36,387 nt of DNA from the NCBI GenBank assembly GCA_049697655.1, contig JBAVWD010000080.1:1-36387 (forward strand), given 5' to 3'. The notes beneath the pieces are model-generated. The model saw only the letters and a program-made list of their open reading frames with translations. It was not told the DNA's origin and ran no database searches. This DNA is from Anaerolineae bacterium (lineage in GTDB: Bacteria; Chloroflexota; Anaerolineae; UBA7937; B3-Chlor). Below, piece after piece: positions 8,527-17,936 of this stretch (within the stretch, counting starts at the first letter, position 1; the number at the start of each line of letters is the position of its first letter). A program made the position numbers and the translations under genes.

Positions 8527-9447
8527 CTAGGAGAGAGACCGCACCTCGCGATACGCCCGCATGCGCGCCTCAAAGTCCCTGCGGTCCAGATGTCCTCGCG
8601 CCGCCGCCCAACGGGCCCGCAGGCCCTGGGACCACACACCCAGGGCGACCAGCCAACGAGCTACACGTCTGAAACCAGCGCCGTAGTGCTTCTGGTAGAG
8701 TCGATACCTGCTCCGGTGCAGCTCCACGTACATCTCGTCTCGAAACTGCCTGGTGCTCTGCCCTACGTGGTGAACAATCTCTGCCCGGGGGACGCAGAGG
8801 ATCCGCCAACCTGCCTCTTTGATGCGCAAACACCAGTCGATCTCCTCACAGTACATGAAGAAGTTCTCGTCAAGCAGGCCCACCTCTTCGATCACCGCTC
8901 GCCTGACCAGCAGCGCGGCGCCCAGCGGATGGTCGATGGGGAAAGGCTCCGCCCTCTCGTACAGACCGCGAGGATACCGACCGTTGATCCGTGAATCGAG
9001 CAATCGGTAGTGGAGAGGGAAAAAGTCCAAGAAGATCATGGCCAGGGTAGGAAAAGTGAAGGCAGAATGCTGGAAGCTTCCATCCGGGAAGAGCAACTTC
9101 GGCCCCACGACCCCGGCATCTCTGCGCTCGTCCAGCAGCGCCATCAGGCTTTCCAGTGCCCCTTTTCGGACCAACGTGTCCGGGTTCAGGAGGATTACGT
9201 ACTGCCCGCTGCTCTGTTGGATGGCCTGGTTGTTGCTGGCTGCAAAGCCACGGTTCTGCGAGTTGGCAAGCAAGCGGACTTGGGGGAAGCTGTCACGAAT
9301 CATCGCTGCGCTCCCATCCGCAGATGCGTTGTCAACGACGATCACCTCGTGTTCCACCCGCGAATCGAGGTCAGCCAATACAGAATCAAGGCATCCGCGC
9401 AGCAACTCTCGCGTGTTGTGGCTGACGATGACGACGGAGAGGTCCAT
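8527..9447 (-). CDS. Family-2 glycosyltransferase (rhamnosyltransferase/WbbL-like)
   Basis: 306-aa ORF with motifs VVIVSHNTRELLRGCLDS, VIVVDNASADGS, NRGFAASNN and LLNPDT. Confidence 0.85.
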   Translation of the reverse strand: MDLSVVIVSHNTRELLRGCLDSVLADLDSRVEHEVIVVDNASADGSAAMIRDSFPQVRLLANSQNRGFAASNNQAIQQSSGQYVILLNPDTLVRKGALESLMALLDERRDAGVVGPKLLFPDGSFQHSAFTFPTLAMIFLDFFPLHYRLLDSRINGRYPRGLYERAEPFPIDHPLGAALLVRRAVIEEVGLLDENFFMYCEEIDWCLRIKEAGWRILCVPRAEIVHHVGQSTRQFRDEMYVELHRSRYRLYQKHYGAGFRRVARWLVALGVWSQGLRARWAAARGHLDRRDFEARMRAYREVRSLS

Positions 9448-9464
9448 CCCCTGGGTCTGTGGCC

Positions 9465-10718
9465 TCAGAAGCCGATGGTGATCTCTGTGGGATTCTGCTG
9501 GTCGTTGACTATACGCACCTGCTCGTGCACTAGTCCCGCCCAGTAGTAGGGGCTTATCGTGGGAGGCTCGTCGACGATCGTGATATGACCTACCACGGTC
9601 ACGCGTTTTCCTGGCAGCAGGTATAGGTATCTCTCTCCGTTGATGATCCTCTCTTCCAGGTCCTCATCCCTTCCCAGCTGCCAGCGGTAGGTATACGGAC
9701 GCCCGGAACTGTTACCTTCGAAGTCCACACCTACACGGAAAATCCCCGGCTCTTCATAGAAGCCCATAGTATTGAAGTTCTCACGACTGGTATATGTGGT
9801 CCCAGATGCTGGCCCTTTGGTGCGGACAGCTACTCCCCCCACGTTCTCAACAGTGACTGTCAGATGGAGAGTCCCGCCCAAGGGGACCACGGTCGGGTAG
9901 AACTCCACCGTCTGGATCTCCGCGAGCGGGAGTCCACCATCCTCGATGGTCAGGGGAGCCTCCTCCATCACCAGATTCCCGACACGATCAGAGGCCTCAA
10001 CCACCACCGTGTAGTCGCCATCGCGAGGTGGTGACGCACCCATGTCGATGCCTCCATCGTAGTCATACTCCCAAAGACCCGACTCCAACTCTACCTTGCT
10101 GGGGCTCTGCTCCAGATCGAAGTCCTCCTCCTGCCATCGCGTCTTGGGAAGCCCCACCGGATACCGATTTCCGCCTTCGTCTATCAGATAGACCTCCACC
10201 TGCGCCGGCTCCAGGAGGCGGTAGCTGATGGAGACTCGGTCGTTGATGCCATCCTGGTTGGGCGTGAACACCTGTGGAAAGACCTTGAAGTCCTGCAGCT
10301 GGGGTCCCTGGCTATCGCCACCCTCAACTGTTAGCGGGCCCTCCACGCGACCTGTCTCTCCAGATTTCTCATCCACGGCCTCCACGACCCAGGTGTACTC
10401 GCCATCCGGCAACACCTGCCCCTCAATACCTCCGCCGAAGAGCGCCTCGTACTCACCTGGGGAGCGTCTGTTGCCCTCGCGGAAAAAGTGCTGCTGCCCC
10501 TCTTCATCAACGAAGTAAATGTAGACCTGACAGGGACGCGAGACCTTGTAGCTGACCATAGCCACGTCATCCACTCCGTCTGCGTTCGGCGAGAGGACGG
10601 ATGGCTGAACCTCGACATCGTACACCAGCGAGTTCCCTCCCCCACACGCGGCCAGCAGAATGCAGGTCCCCATCAGAGCCCCTGCCAGGAATGTCCGCAT
10701 CCAACCTTTGCTCAACAC
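9465..10718 (-). CDS. Predicted lipoprotein with two FlgD-Ig-like beta-sandwich domains and a third CARDB-like domain
   Basis: 417-aa ORF with GTG 10718 lying 5 nt after GGGGAGG. It has a signal peptide with lipobox LLAAC|GG. The motif is duplicated as VLSPNADGVDDVAMVSYKV and VFTPNQDGINDRVSISYRL, each followed by a PDGEYT/RDGDYT-type strand. The C-terminal third contains LHLTVTVENVGG. Confidence 0.75.
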   Translation of the reverse strand: MLSKGWMRTFLAGALMGTCILLAACGGGNSLVYDVEVQPSVLSPNADGVDDVAMVSYKVSRPCQVYIYFVDEEGQQHFFREGNRRSPGEYEALFGGGIEGQVLPDGEYTWVVEAVDEKSGETGRVEGPLTVEGGDSQGPQLQDFKVFPQVFTPNQDGINDRVSISYRLLEPAQVEVYLIDEGGNRYPVGLPKTRWQEEDFDLEQSPSKVELESGLWEYDYDGGIDMGASPPRDGDYTVVVEASDRVGNLVMEEAPLTIEDGGLPLAEIQTVEFYPTVVPLGGTLHLTVTVENVGGVAVRTKGPASGTTYTSRENFNTMGFYEEPGIFRVGVDFEGNSSGRPYTYRWQLGRDEDLEERIINGERYLYLLPGKRVTVVGHITIVDEPPTISPYYWAGLVHEQVRIVNDQQNPTEITIGF

Positions 10719-10736
10719 CGGTACCTCCCCATGCGC

Positions 10737-12476
10737 CTACCGCCTTCCGAACTCCCGCTCCAGCTGCTCCGCGCTCACGTGAAGCATTGTGGGTCTCCCG
10801 TGTGGGCACGTCCGCGGCAGGCTTGTCTGTTCCAGCTGTACTATCAGCTCCTGCATGTGGTCGATGGCCAGAGTCTGTCCGGATCTGACCGCCCCGTGGC
10901 AGGCCAGACCGATGATGACCTCATCCTCCCAGGGGCGGGCGCCGTCAGCCCTCTCAGCATCTTCCATGATGTCGAGGATGGAGTGCTCCAACTCCGCGGT
11001 CTGCAACATTGCCGGCACACCACGGATCAGATAGGTGCCTCCACCAAAGGGCTCCAGATCGAACCCCAAACCCCTCAGCTTGGCCAGACGATTCTCGTCC
11101 AGCGCCGCCTGCCTGGGTCCGGGCCCAATGGTGATGGGTTCCACGAGTGTTTGTGAGGCGACAGCAGCTCTACCTTTCTCCGATTGAAGGCGTTCGTACA
11201 GCACGCGCTCGTGAGCCGCATGCTGGTCTATCAGATACATGCCCGTTGGTCCCTCAGCGACGACGTAGGTCCGTCCCAGCTGCCCGAGCACCCTCAACAT
11301 GGGAAGCTTGTCCCTAGCAGGCGCCTCGAGAGTGGTCGAGAGCGACGTGGCGGTGCGCTGCACCTCCAAGGCCTGTTCGCCGGGGCGCGCTGGTGAGGGC
11401 CGACCCGCCTGCACCAGACGATACTGTCTCGCCTCCACCACATGCGCCCAGCCGAAGCTGGCGGAATCGCCAGGCACCGGTGCCCTACGGGAGAGAGTAT
11501 CCCGCACCACCCTTTGGACCGCCGCGAACACCGCCCTGTTGTCGCGAAACCGAACCTCGCTCTTGGCTGGATGAACGTTGACGTCCACCTCGTGGGTCGG
11601 CAGCCCTACCTTGAGCACCACTATAGGATGCCTCGCCTGAGGCAAGAGACCATGGTACGCCTCCCTGATGGCGTAACTCACAGTCCGATCTCTCACGAAG
11701 CGCCCATTCACCAGTGTGGTCAGATTTCGTGCATTCGCTCGATGAAGTAGTGGATCGCTCACGAAACCATCAACGGTCACGAACGAATCGCTAGGTGACC
11801 CATGCCTTATCTCCAGCATGCGCTGAGCGGTCTCGAGCCCGTACACATCCACAAGCACATCGTAGAGGCTGCCTGATCCTTCCGACTGGAACACAGTGCG
11901 ACCGTCGCTCAGAAGGTTGAAACGCAACTGTGGATAGGCCATAGCGTAGCAGGTCACCAGTTCGCTGATGTGTCGTGACTCCGTCGTTGCAGACCGCATG
12001 AACTTGAGACGAGCAGGAGTGTTGTAGAAAAGGTTCTCCACGGTCACGACCGTACCTTGTGCCGCCCCCCGGGACTCGCAATGTATGACCTCACCACCCT
12101 GCAAGCGCAGTAGAGTCCCCACCTCTTCGTCTCTTGCCCGCGTCACCAGCGTCACGTGTGAAACTGCAGCGATGCTGGGTAGTGCTTCCCCCCGAAAGCC
12201 CAGGGTAGAGATTTCGGACAACTCCTCCAGCGAGCGCAGTTTGCTGGTGGCGTAGCGCTCGAACGCGAGTTCCACCTCCTCTTGAGGTATTCCGCCCCCG
12301 TCGTCGACCACCCTGAGGAGCCTGCGCCCCCCCTGGCGCACCTCGACCCTGATGTCTCGAGCGCCGGCGTCAATAGAGTTCTCGATCAGCTCCTTTGCCA
12401 CCGAGGCCGGGCGCTCGACGACCTCGCCGGCGGCAATTCGGGACGCCACGTCCTGAGATAGTCTCTTTATGGGCAT
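10737..12476 (-). CDS. mutL: DNA mismatch repair protein MutL (endonuclease-type)
   Basis: GHKL ATPase motifs (IAAGEVVERPASVAKELIENSIDAG, VVDDGGGI), the C-terminal endonuclease motif DQHAAHERVLYE and a terminal CPHGRP. The canonical N-terminus MPIKRL starts at ATG 12476. The ORF stays open to GTG 12491. Confidence 0.93.
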   Translation of the reverse strand: MPIKRLSQDVASRIAAGEVVERPASVAKELIENSIDAGARDIRVEVRQGGRRLLRVVDDGGGIPQEEVELAFERYATSKLRSLEELSEISTLGFRGEALPSIAAVSHVTLVTRARDEEVGTLLRLQGGEVIHCESRGAAQGTVVTVENLFYNTPARLKFMRSATTESRHISELVTCYAMAYPQLRFNLLSDGRTVFQSEGSGSLYDVLVDVYGLETAQRMLEIRHGSPSDSFVTVDGFVSDPLLHRANARNLTTLVNGRFVRDRTVSYAIREAYHGLLPQARHPIVVLKVGLPTHEVDVNVHPAKSEVRFRDNRAVFAAVQRVVRDTLSRRAPVPGDSASFGWAHVVEARQYRLVQAGRPSPARPGEQALEVQRTATSLSTTLEAPARDKLPMLRVLGQLGRTYVVAEGPTGMYLIDQHAAHERVLYERLQSEKGRAAVASQTLVEPITIGPGPRQAALDENRLAKLRGLGFDLEPFGGGTYLIRGVPAMLQTAELEHSILDIMEDAERADGARPWEDEVIIGLACHGAVRSGQTLAIDHMQELIVQLEQTSLPRTCPHGRPTMLHVSAEQLEREFGRR

Positions 12477-12532
12477 AACCGTGGAAGTCACTGTCGCTCA
12501 ATACGAGAGAATCAACTGTGGAACCTGCCGCT

Positions 12533-12541
12533 ATTGTACCA
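12533..12541 (-). promoter_or_regulatory. Candidate extended -10 element (TGgTACAAT) for mutL
   Basis: The minus strand reads TGGTACAAT about 57 nt upstream of the mutL ATG, in the 230-nt divergent intergenic region. A weak -35 (TTGGAG) lies 18 nt upstream. Pattern match only. Confidence 0.3.
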
Positions 12542-12643
12542 TACCGATTGGCCACACTCCAAGGACGCGCCCGAGCCACGCAAGACAGACAGCAGATCAT
12601 CTGGGGGTCGTGTCCCGAGCAGGGCGCACGCGAATGCGATATG

Positions 12644-12672
12644 TTGTTCTTTACGGACTCCTAGTGTAGAAT
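12644..12672 (+). promoter_or_regulatory. Candidate promoter of the thiolase operon (TTGTTC - 17 nt - TAGAAT)
   Basis: -35-like TTGTTC at 12644-12649, a 17-nt spacer and TAGAAT at 12667-12672, 51 nt upstream of ATG 12723. This is a locally AT-rich patch in an otherwise GC-rich window. Confidence 0.35.
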
Positions 12673-12722
12673 CACACGGGGAACCGCCTCGCTATGCAAG
12701 CCCGTAGACAGGAGAAGGTGTA

Positions 12723-13922
12723 ATGAGCGAAATCGTCATTGTTGGCGGAGTGCGGACTCCAATAGGTAGCCACGGTGGAGGGCTGAGAGATGTAACGCCA
12801 CAGGAATTGGCCAGGATTGTCATGGTCGAGGTGATGAATCGGACGGGGGTCGATCCGCATGTGTTCGATGATGTAATCTTCGGATGCTGCGGACAGTTCT
12901 CTGACGCTCCGAACGTCACCCGCGTAGCCGCCCTCATGGCAGGTGTTCCCACCCATGTCCCTGGCTACACGGTTCAGCGCAACTGTGTGTCAGGAATGGT
13001 GGCCATCACCAACGCCTGTCAGGCGATCAAGGCAGGTGATGGGGAGGCGCATCTGGTAGGAGGCACGGAGTCGATGAGCTACGCCCCCTACACTGTTCGT
13101 GGAGCTCGCTGGGGGCTCAAGTTGAGGAGCACCGAATTCACCGACGTGATATGGGAGGGCTTGACGGATCCCGTTTGCGGTATGATTATGGGTTACACGG
13201 CCGAGAATCTCGCTCAGTTCTACGGCATCAGCCGTCAGGAACAAGACGAGTTCGCGGTGCAGAGCCATCGAAAGGCCTTCATGGCCACACGCATGGGCAA
13301 GTTCAAAGACGAAACCGTGCCAGTTCCCGTGGTCAAGAAGGTGGCCGGCCAGGAAGTGGCCAGGGAGGAAGTCGCCCAAGACGAGAACATCAACGCTGGC
13401 CTGACAGTGGAGAAAGCCGCTCTGTATCCCACTGTGTTCAAGAGGGGTGGCATGGTCACCCCTGCCAACGCCTGCCCCATCTCCGATGGCGCCGCGGCCC
13501 TCATCGTCATGACCAAGGACAAGGCCAACGAACTGGGCCTGGAGCCCATGGCTTACATCCGCGGTTATGCCTACGCCGGAGTGCCGCCGGAAATCATGGG
13601 CATCGGACCCACAAGAGCCATACCTCTGGCATTGAAGAGGGCAGGACTCAAGCTCACCGATATCGATATCATCGAACTAAACGAGGCCTTCGCCGCTCAG
13701 GCGCTGGCCTGCGGCATTGAGTTGGAGAAAGACGGCTTCGACTGGGAAAAGGTCAATCCTAACGGCGGAGCCATCGCCCTGGGCCATCCGGTGGGCTGCA
13801 CCGGGGCGCGGATAACGGTCACCCTGCTCTATGAAATGATCAAACAAGACGCCAGCCTCGGTCTGGCCTCGGCTTGTGTGGGAGGCGGACAAGGAGGGGC
13901 GCTCATCATCGAGAGGAAATAG
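12723..13922 (+). CDS. Acetyl-CoA C-acetyltransferase (thiolase II-like)
   Basis: 399-aa ORF with SD GGAGAAGG. It has the nucleophile Cys region [12 protein letters not shown] and the C-terminal motifs [20 protein letters not shown] and CVGGGQGGA. Confidence 0.93.
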   Translation: MSEIVIVGGVRTPIGSHGGGLRDVTPQELARIVMVEVMNRTGVDPHVFDDVIFGCCGQFSDAPNVTRVAALMAGVPTHVPGYTVQRNCVSGMVAITNACQAIKAGDGEAHLVGGTESMSYAPYTVRGARWGLKLRSTEFTDVIWEGLTDPVCGMIMGYTAENLAQFYGISRQEQDEFAVQSHRKAFMATRMGKFKDETVPVPVVKKVAGQEVAREEVAQDENINAGLTVEKAALYPTVFKRGGMVTPANACPISDGAAALIVMTKDKANELGLEPMAYIRGYAYAGVPPEIMGIGPTRAIPLALKRAGLKLTDIDIIELNEAFAAQALACGIELEKDGFDWEKVNPNGGAIALGHPVGCTGARITVTLLYEMIKQDASLGLASACVGGGQGGALIIERK

Positions 13923-13937
13923 GGAGAAGGAGACGAC

Positions 13938-14186
13938 ATGTACGACAAGGCCCACAGAGAGGAGTTCATCACCAAGGGAAAGGCGGTCTACGACAGGCTC
14001 AAAGACAACCTCGAGCCTGCTCATGAAGGTGAAATCGTAGCGATCCATCCCGAGAGTGGGGAACACTTCCTGGGGAAGACCCTGAACGAGGCCGATGAGA
14101 AAGCCTTCGCCAAACACCCGGACAAATGGCTCTACTTCGTGCGCATCGGCTCCGCGGACGCATCTCTTCCGTTGAAGACCTGGTAG
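13938..14186 (+). CDS. Small conserved-looking hypothetical protein (82 aa), possibly DUF5678-like
   Basis: ATG 13938 lies 15 nt after the thiolase stop, with a strong SD (GAAGGAGAC). Codon usage resembles the neighbours and there are no Cys residues. The pattern HEGEIVAIHPESGEHFLGKTLNEADEKAFAKHPDKWLYFVRIG resembles small xGKWVAI-type proteins as I remember them. That family assignment is unverified. Confidence 0.65.
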   Translation: MYDKAHREEFITKGKAVYDRLKDNLEPAHEGEIVAIHPESGEHFLGKTLNEADEKAFAKHPDKWLYFVRIGSADASLPLKTW

Positions 14187-14217
14187 ACCTCAGGAGCACC
14201 GAAGGAGGAAGGCGAAG

Positions 14218-15444
14218 ATGTACATATTCAAAGCTGGAGTCGTGGGCGCAGGATTCATGGGCGCCGAGATCGCACAAGTCATATCCTACTCTGGGCTCCC
14301 GGTAGTCTTGAAGGATGTCGACAAAGAGCTACTGGATACGGGGCTGGCCAGGATTCGTGACATATACCAGAGGCGAGTGGACAAGGGCAAGATGGACACG
14401 TCCACGCTCACTGAGAAGATGGACCTGATCCAGGGCAGTCTGACGTACGATGGTTTTGCCGATGCAGACATCGTCATCGAAGCGGTGCCCGAGAAGATGG
14501 AACTGAAAAAGCAGGTCTTCCGCGAGTTGGAGGAGGCGTGCCCCGAGAGTACCATCTTCGCCTCCAACACCACAGCCCTGTCCATATCCGAGATGGGGGC
14601 GGCCACGAAGAAGCCTCACAAGATGGTGGGGATGCACTTCTTCAGCCCTGCGCACATCATGAAGCTCGTCGAGGTGATCCCCGGCCTGGACACGGACGAA
14701 GAGACCGTCAGCGATGTAGTGATGTTCTCCGAGTCCTTGCGTAAGATACCCGTGGTCGTGCAGGAGTGCCCGGGCTTTCTGGTCAACCGCCTGCTCATGG
14801 CCTACCTGAACGAAGCCGCCCTTTGTCTGGAAGAGGGAGCTGCCACGACCCGAGAGATCGACGAGGCCATGGTGAAGTGGGGTTGGCCCATGGGTCCTTT
14901 CACCCTGATGGACATGGTGGGGGTTGACATCTGTTACATCACTGGCAAGTACCTGACCGACGAGTATGGTGAGCGCCTCCAGGCGGCGAAGATCTTCCAG
15001 AAACTCTATGACGCCGGTCGCTGGGGCGAGAAAGTCGGAGCCGGGTTCCATGGCTACGGCGACCAGACTGACGAGCCAGTGAACACGATGATCAAGGAGA
15101 TTCAGTCACAGCCCGGGGCCGTCACAGGGACCGAATTCAGCGCGGACCGCTTGATGATGCCCATGATCAACGAGGCAGTGCTGTGCCTGCAAGAGCATGT
15201 CGCCTCGGCAGGCGACATCGACATGGCTGCCATCGCAGGAATCGGGATGAAGATGGGCGACGAGCGAGTCGGCCCCCTGGCAGTGGCGGATAAGATAGGA
15301 TTGGACCTGGTTCTGGCGAAGATGGAGCAGTTCAAGAGAGAACTAGGACCCAGGTTTCACCCGGCCCGTCTCCTGCGACTCCAGGTGAGGGCGAACCACC
15401 TGGGCGAGAAAACAGGTAGGGGGTTTCTTGAGCACGTGGGCTGA
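14218..15444 (+). CDS. 3-hydroxyacyl-CoA dehydrogenase (FadB dehydrogenase-half-like, NAD-binding)
   Basis: 408-aa ORF with SD GAAGGAGGAAGG. It has an N-terminal Rossmann motif VVGAGFMGAEIA, the 3HCDH core (HFFSPAHIMKLVEVI) and an extra duplicated C-terminal helical domain, as in the multifunctional FadB. Confidence 0.9.
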   Translation: MYIFKAGVVGAGFMGAEIAQVISYSGLPVVLKDVDKELLDTGLARIRDIYQRRVDKGKMDTSTLTEKMDLIQGSLTYDGFADADIVIEAVPEKMELKKQVFRELEEACPESTIFASNTTALSISEMGAATKKPHKMVGMHFFSPAHIMKLVEVIPGLDTDEETVSDVVMFSESLRKIPVVVQECPGFLVNRLLMAYLNEAALCLEEGAATTREIDEAMVKWGWPMGPFTLMDMVGVDICYITGKYLTDEYGERLQAAKIFQKLYDAGRWGEKVGAGFHGYGDQTDEPVNTMIKEIQSQPGAVTGTEFSADRLMMPMINEAVLCLQEHVASAGDIDMAAIAGIGMKMGDERVGPLAVADKIGLDLVLAKMEQFKRELGPRFHPARLLRLQVRANHLGEKTGRGFLEHVG

Positions 15445-15519
15445 TGGATCGGTACGATGTACATAGACCCCTAGTCAGCGTTACTGTGCACCAAATGGTG
15501 CATCTCAAAAGGAGAAGAA

Positions 15520-16305
15520 ATGACTGAGAGACAATACGTGAAGGTGTCCAAGGAAGACCGCGTCTCCATCGTCACCATAGACAATCCACCCGTGAACATG
15601 ATTTCCCGTCCAGTAGTAGCTGATCTCCAGAGCGCTCTAGAGGAGGTCTGGGCCGACGACGACATCAAGGTCGTGGTCATCACAGGCGGAGGGCAGATGG
15701 CCTTCATAGCGGGGGCAGACATTAACGCCATCCTGGGCCTGAAAAGCCCTGCTGAGGCCAAACAGATAGTGACCCAGGTGCATGAGCTGTTCCAGAGAAT
15801 CGAGAACTCCCCCAAGCCCATCGTTGCCGCCATCAATGGTCACTGCCTCGGCGCGGGTATCGAACTCGCTATGGCCTGCCATATGCGCATCGCCAACAAC
15901 AGAGCGATGTTCGGACAGCCCGAGATCGGCCTGGGTATCATCCCAGGATTCGGAGGCACTCAGAGGCTGCCCCGCCTGGTCGGCAAAGCCAAGGCTCTGG
16001 AGTTGATCCTCACTGGGGACAGGATTACTGGCGCGGAAGCCGCCAGTATCGGTCTGGTGAACAAGGCAGTGCCTGGCACTGAGGTGATGAAGGCGGCGGT
16101 GGGCCTGGCCAAGAAGATCGCGTCCTTCGGCCGGCCCGCCATTACCGCTGCCCTGGAGTCCGTTGCCCAGGGCCTGCGTGTGACACTGGAGGAGGGTCTT
16201 GACATAGAGGCCGACAAGTTCGCCAGCCTGGTCGAGACAGAGGACATGCGCGAGGGCTTGAGCGCGTTCCTGGAGAAACGGCAACCCAAGTTCCAGGATA
16301 GGTAG
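15520..16305 (+). CDS. Enoyl-CoA hydratase (crotonase family)
   Basis: 261-aa ORF with SD AAAGGAGAAG. Crotonase-fold motifs are present: FIAGADI, AAINGHCLGAGIELAMACHMRIA and FGQPEIGLGIIPGFGGTQRL. Confidence 0.9.
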   Translation: MTERQYVKVSKEDRVSIVTIDNPPVNMISRPVVADLQSALEEVWADDDIKVVVITGGGQMAFIAGADINAILGLKSPAEAKQIVTQVHELFQRIENSPKPIVAAINGHCLGAGIELAMACHMRIANNRAMFGQPEIGLGIIPGFGGTQRLPRLVGKAKALELILTGDRITGAEAASIGLVNKAVPGTEVMKAAVGLAKKIASFGRPAITAALESVAQGLRVTLEEGLDIEADKFASLVETEDMREGLSAFLEKRQPKFQDR

Positions 16306-16317
16306 GAGGGAACGTCG

Positions 16318-17493
16318 ATGGACTTCGCCCTGACCGAAGAACAGCAGATGTTCCAAGAGCTATTTCGCGATTTCGCCGAGAACGAAGTGGCGCCACTGGC
16401 AGACGTGATAGACCGGGAAGAGCGGCCGCCTCTGGAGACGCTCAAGAAGGCAGCAGAGATGCAATTCATGGGGCTTCCCTTCCCAGAGGAGTATGGAGGA
16501 GCCGGCATCGGCGCGGTTGGGTATTGCCTGTTGGTGGAGGAACTGGCCAAGGCCTGCCTGGCCACCGCCTGCTGCCTGGGGATTCACACCTCGTCGGGCG
16601 CCATGGTCATCTACCTGGGTGGCACTGATGAACAGAAAGCCAAGTACCTGGCACCGCTGGCCAGGGGAGAGAAAACGGGCGCCTTCTGCCTGTCGGAACC
16701 CGATGCTGGTTCCGACTCGGGAAGCATCCGCACCACAGCCGTCAGAGAAAACGGCCACTACGTGCTCAATGGCTCCAAGATCTACGTCGCCAACGGTGAC
16801 ATCGCCGAGGTGTTCACGGTATTCGCCCGCACCTCTCGCGAGGCGGCGAACAAAGGCATGACCGGCTTCATTGTCGAGAAGGGGTATCCGGGCTTCAAGG
16901 TAGGACGTACGGAACGCACCATGGGCATCCGCGGCTGCCACGTCGCCCAGCTGTTCTTTGATGACTGTTTGGTGCCCATGGACAACGTTCTGGGTGGCGA
17001 AGCCAACGGGCTGGGAAGAGGAGCTGAGACGGTATCCCAGACTCAGGACTTCGGGCGCCTAAGTATGGCAGCTACGTGTCTGGGCGCGGCTGAGGGAGCC
17101 ATGCAAGCCAGCGTGAGGTTCGCCAAGGACCGAGAGCAGTTCGGCGTGCCCCTGGCCAGGAAGCAAGCCGTCTCCTCGATGATCGCCGACATGGCCACTG
17201 AGATCGAAGCCTTGCGGTACCTGGTCTACCGCACCGCCTGGGCCTTCGAACAGGGTGAGAAGTACACCCGTCTGGCGGCCATGTGCAAGCTGTTCGGGTC
17301 GGAAATGGCGTGCAGAGTTGCCAACAAGGCAGTGCAACTCCACGGCGGCGCTGGATACATCAGGGATCTTCCCATAGAGCGGATGTACCGTGACGCCCGG
17401 GTGACCCGCATCCTGGAGGGCACGAGCGAAATGCAGCGCTTCGTCATTGCCTCAGACGTGTTCAGAGAGCAAGACCTGCCACTGGAGCCATAG
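16318..17493 (+). CDS. Acyl-CoA dehydrogenase (short/medium-chain type)
   Basis: 391-aa ORF with SD GGTAGGAGGGA. It has FCLSEPDAGSD, the FAD/substrate region, and a C-terminal ARVTRILEGTSEMQR containing the catalytic-base Glu context. Confidence 0.92.
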   Translation: MDFALTEEQQMFQELFRDFAENEVAPLADVIDREERPPLETLKKAAEMQFMGLPFPEEYGGAGIGAVGYCLLVEELAKACLATACCLGIHTSSGAMVIYLGGTDEQKAKYLAPLARGEKTGAFCLSEPDAGSDSGSIRTTAVRENGHYVLNGSKIYVANGDIAEVFTVFARTSREAANKGMTGFIVEKGYPGFKVGRTERTMGIRGCHVAQLFFDDCLVPMDNVLGGEANGLGRGAETVSQTQDFGRLSMAATCLGAAEGAMQASVRFAKDREQFGVPLARKQAVSSMIADMATEIEALRYLVYRTAWAFEQGEKYTRLAAMCKLFGSEMACRVANKAVQLHGGAGYIRDLPIERMYRDARVTRILEGTSEMQRFVIASDVFREQDLPLEP

Positions 17494-17547
17494 CTGGCGC
17501 ACCCCCTCGTTTGACTGGGTCGAGATACCCAGCGGGAGGACTGCCGG

Positions 17548-17916
17548 ATGCAGTGTGTCTTTTGTCGTATCGTCGCTGGGCAGGAGCAGAGCGACGTGCT
17601 ATATCACGATGAAGAGATCACAGTCTTCCGCGACATCAGACCCCAGGCGCCGACCCACGTGCTCATCGTCCCTAACGAGCACGTATCGTCGGTCACGCAG
17701 CTGCTCCAGAGGAACAGCGCGCTACTGGCGAAGATGTTCTCCAAGGCACATGATGTCGCGGAGGCCGCAGGTATAGCCGACAGAGGGTACCGCCTAGTCA
17801 TCAACACTGGCCCGGATGCGGGCCAAGTCGTAGACCATCTGCATCTGCATCTGCTCGGTGGCAAGGCCATGAGGCCAGATGGCATGGCGTTGCGCTGGAA
17901 GAACGAGATGACCTAG
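17548..17916 (+). CDS. HIT-family (HinT-like) nucleotide hydrolase
   Basis: 122-aa ORF with SD GGGAGGA. It begins CVFCRIV...[10 protein letters not shown] and carries the histidine triad HLHLHLLGG. Confidence 0.88.
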   Translation: MQCVFCRIVAGQEQSDVLYHDEEITVFRDIRPQAPTHVLIVPNEHVSSVTQLLQRNSALLAKMFSKAHDVAEAAGIADRGYRLVINTGPDAGQVVDHLHLHLLGGKAMRPDGMALRWKNEMT

Positions 17917-17936
17917 CGGCCAAGGAGGGGTTCGAC

